From assembly GCA_041677685.1 (NCBI GenBank), contig JBAYPN010000029.1, positions 1-7,953 of the forward strand: 7,953 nt of DNA, given 5' to 3'. Positions 6,800 through 7,953 of this stretch are shown here, piece after piece; positions within the stretch are counted from its first letter, which is position 1; each line of letters begins with the position of its first letter. The notes below the pieces were generated by a model. The model was not told the origin of the DNA and did not search any database. It was given only the letters and a program-made list of their open reading frames with translations. The stretch comes from an archaeon (GTDB taxonomy: Archaea > Iainarchaeota > Iainarchaeia > Iainarchaeales > CSSED10-239). The translations under genes and the position numbers were made by a program.

Positions 6800-7615
6800 A
6801 TGGATGAACATAAAACACACAAGAAAATGCCTTCTGACTATAGAAGATTTAATTTTAGTAATCCTTTTTCTAAAAATAGAAATTTGTTAAGTGTAATTAT
6901 TATAATTTTAATTATTTTAGTAATAGTTTTTTTATTATTTTTCTTTTTAAGAAATAAGAATGCAACTCCAGGAATAAAGATGGTTTCAGGAACAGAATAT
7001 ATCTCTAATGAAGAAGGACAGGTAATTATAAGATTAGAAAATAGTATTGGAAATCCAATTGATGATGCAAATTGTATGATGTCTTTATTATATCCAGACA
7101 AATCCTTTTTTTTAATAGATATACAGATGGCTCCTACAACAGTTCCTGGTAACTATTATCATTCTTTTATAACTCCTGAAAAGGAAGGAATTTATGAGGA
7201 GCATATTGTTTGTAGTGTTCCTGTGGGGAATGATAATTTTAGAGAACTTTACATCTCTTCTTCTTTCCATGTTTCAACTGGACTTAATCTAATTGTGGAA
7301 GTCTCTAGATCACAAAGGGAACAATATGAAGATCTTGTTAATAGAGTAAATGCTTTAGATTCAAATTTGACTGCAAAGATTAATTCTGTTGATTCTAGAG
7401 TATATAATGTTCAAACATTTATTGATAATAATGTTATGGATGAAATTGATAATTTGTCAGTAGATATTGGAGACATTAATCAAAGTATAAGTAGTTCGAT
7501 GGATGGAATTGAGGGTAGGTTAAACACAACTATGCTTAATAACTTTGATGAACTTTACCAGAAATTTAGAGATAGTTATAATGCTATGGCTGGTGTTTTT
7601 GGTGGTGGAGAATAG
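6800..7615 (+). CDS. Membrane-anchored envelope protein (paralog 2): basic cytoplasmic N-terminus, one TM helix, two-Cys beta-sandwich-like module, shorter coiled-coil-like tail; uncharacterised family
   Basis: The ORF is open from 6791 (TTG, 274 aa in the supplied track), and I prefer ATG 6800 (271 aa). The TM segment is LLSVIIIILIILVIVFLLFFFL. The module GTEYISNEEGQVIIRLENSIGNPIDDANC...YPDKSFF...PGNYY...HIVC...SSFHV is paralogous to 5449..6663. The tail has heptad-like spacing, for example LVNRVNALDSNLTAKINSVDSRV. Confidence 0.8.
   Translation: MDEHKTHKKMPSDYRRFNFSNPFSKNRNLLSVIIIILIILVIVFLLFFFLRNKNATPGIKMVSGTEYISNEEGQVIIRLENSIGNPIDDANCMMSLLYPDKSFFLIDIQMAPTTVPGNYYHSFITPEKEGIYEEHIVCSVPVGNDNFRELYISSSFHVSTGLNLIVEVSRSQREQYEDLVNRVNALDSNLTAKINSVDSRVYNVQTFIDNNVMDEIDNLSVDIGDINQSISSSMDGIEGRLNTTMLNNFDELYQKFRDSYNAMAGVFGGGE
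6884..6949 (+). other. Predicted N-terminal transmembrane anchor of paralog 2 (N-in, type II topology)
   Basis: A 22-residue uninterrupted hydrophobic stretch is preceded by a K/R/H-rich segment of about 30 residues (positive-inside rule). No A-x-A-like cleavage site follows it. Confidence 0.6.
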
Positions 7616-7655
7616 TTGTTTACATTTTAATATTTTTTAAATTTAATCTATAAAC

Positions 7656-7686
7656 AAGAATATTCTTTTTAAAATTATATTTTTTT
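7656..7686 (+). terminator. Palindrome AAGAATATTCTT followed by a T5 and then a T7 tract downstream of paralog 2; candidate terminator
   Basis: The palindrome spans 7656..7667, the T-run 7666..7670, and T7 7680..7686 (followed by A7). A flanking 7-bp inverted repeat TTGTTTA/TAAACAA sits at 7616..7622 and 7651..7657. Weak evidence in AT-rich DNA. Confidence 0.25.
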
Positions 7687-7845
7687 AAAAAAATAGAAAA
7701 ATTATAAATTGCTGTTTTCTTATAAACTTTTCTTTTCATATATTATATATAAGTTATGATTAATTATTATGTTGGCAGAGATGTAATAAAAGACAAAATC
7801 AAATTAAAAATAAATAACTTAGAAATAAAATAAAAAATTGAATCT

Positions 7846-7953
7846 GAAAAATTAAAATTAAGATAAATTAAAATTAAGATAAATTAAAATTAAGATAAAT
7901 TAAAATTAAGATAAATTAAAATTAAGATAAATTAAAATTAAGATAAATTAAAA
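7846..7953. repeat. 16-bp perfect tandem repeat (unit GATAAATTAAAATTAA), at least 6.7 copies, truncated by the window end
   Basis: G occurs at 7846, 7862, 7878, 7894, 7910, 7926 and 7942, exactly every 16 nt. The copies from 7862 onward are identical, and the first copy (7846..7861) differs by one base (GAAAAATT...). Stop codons occur in all frames, so the array is non-coding. Confidence 0.95.

Noticed and set aside
676-7101. Short ORFs from the supplied track that lie inside the large genes: 676..894(+), 2085..2291(+), 2242..2478(-), 3318..3524(+), 3637..3819(+), 4740..5027(-), 5832..6041(-), 6297..6596(-), 6838..7101(-)
   Set aside because: Each is fully embedded in, and antisense to or out of frame with, a much longer ORF that has clear family motifs or paralog support. 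Their translations are low-complexity (F/I/L/K/S-rich), as expected from reading AT-rich coding DNA in the wrong frame.
5449-7615. High density of N-x-S/T sequons (12 by my count in paralog 1, 5 extracellular in paralog 2) as evidence for heavy N-glycosylation linked to the neighbouring glmS
   Set aside because: Both proteins are so rich in Asn, Ser and Thr that roughly this many sequons are expected from composition alone (my rough estimate is about 10 for paralog 1). The count is therefore not demonstrably enriched. Glycosylation remains possible but is not supported by the sequence alone.
7620-7833. Small ORFs in the 3' non-coding region: minus-strand ATG at 7739 (39 codons, stop at 7620..7622) and plus-strand ATG at 7756 (25 codons, stop at 7831..7833)
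   Set aside because: They are very short and K/I/N-rich with no motif, no convincing ribosome-binding site and no way to assess conservation here. The minus-strand one overlaps the putative terminator of paralog 2. There is not enough support to call them as genes.
7846-7953. Could the terminal repeat array be a CRISPR array?
   Set aside because: The 16-bp units are directly contiguous with no unique spacers. The unit is far shorter than CRISPR repeats and no cas genes are visible. It is a simple tandem repeat.

Overview
Very AT-rich, gene-dense window, roughly three-quarters A+T by eye (not computed). It uses the standard genetic code, and all long ORFs end in TAA or TAG. The gene content reads like a fragment of a small-genome archaeon, possibly DPANN-like. 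That placement is an inference from a FlaI/PilB/VirB11-type ATPase with the TIRKF and GETRG motifs, a Bud23-like methyltransferase, and TATA-like boxes about 26 nt upstream of start codons. Minus strand, right to left: an unrecognisable lysine-rich 344-aa protein (3527..4561), then GlmS 9 nt downstream (1682..3517), then a secretion/pilus-family hexameric ATPase (243..1613), then possibly the first 10 codons of another gene (1..31). Plus strand, divergent from 4636: a compact Bud23/WBSCR22-like class I SAM methyltransferase (4636..5250). It is followed by two tandem paralogous envelope proteins (5449..6663 and 6800..7615). These two share a two-cysteine beta-sandwich-like module and then continue into long Asn/Ser/Thr-rich coiled-coil-like tails. 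One has a cleavable-looking Sec signal and the other an N-terminal membrane anchor. I recognise no named family for this pair, and it is the best candidate for something undescribed: a fibrous surface or contact structure. The window ends inside a perfect 16-bp tandem repeat (7846..7953), which is non-coding and not CRISPR-like. All short ORFs in the track that overlap the large CDSs look spurious.
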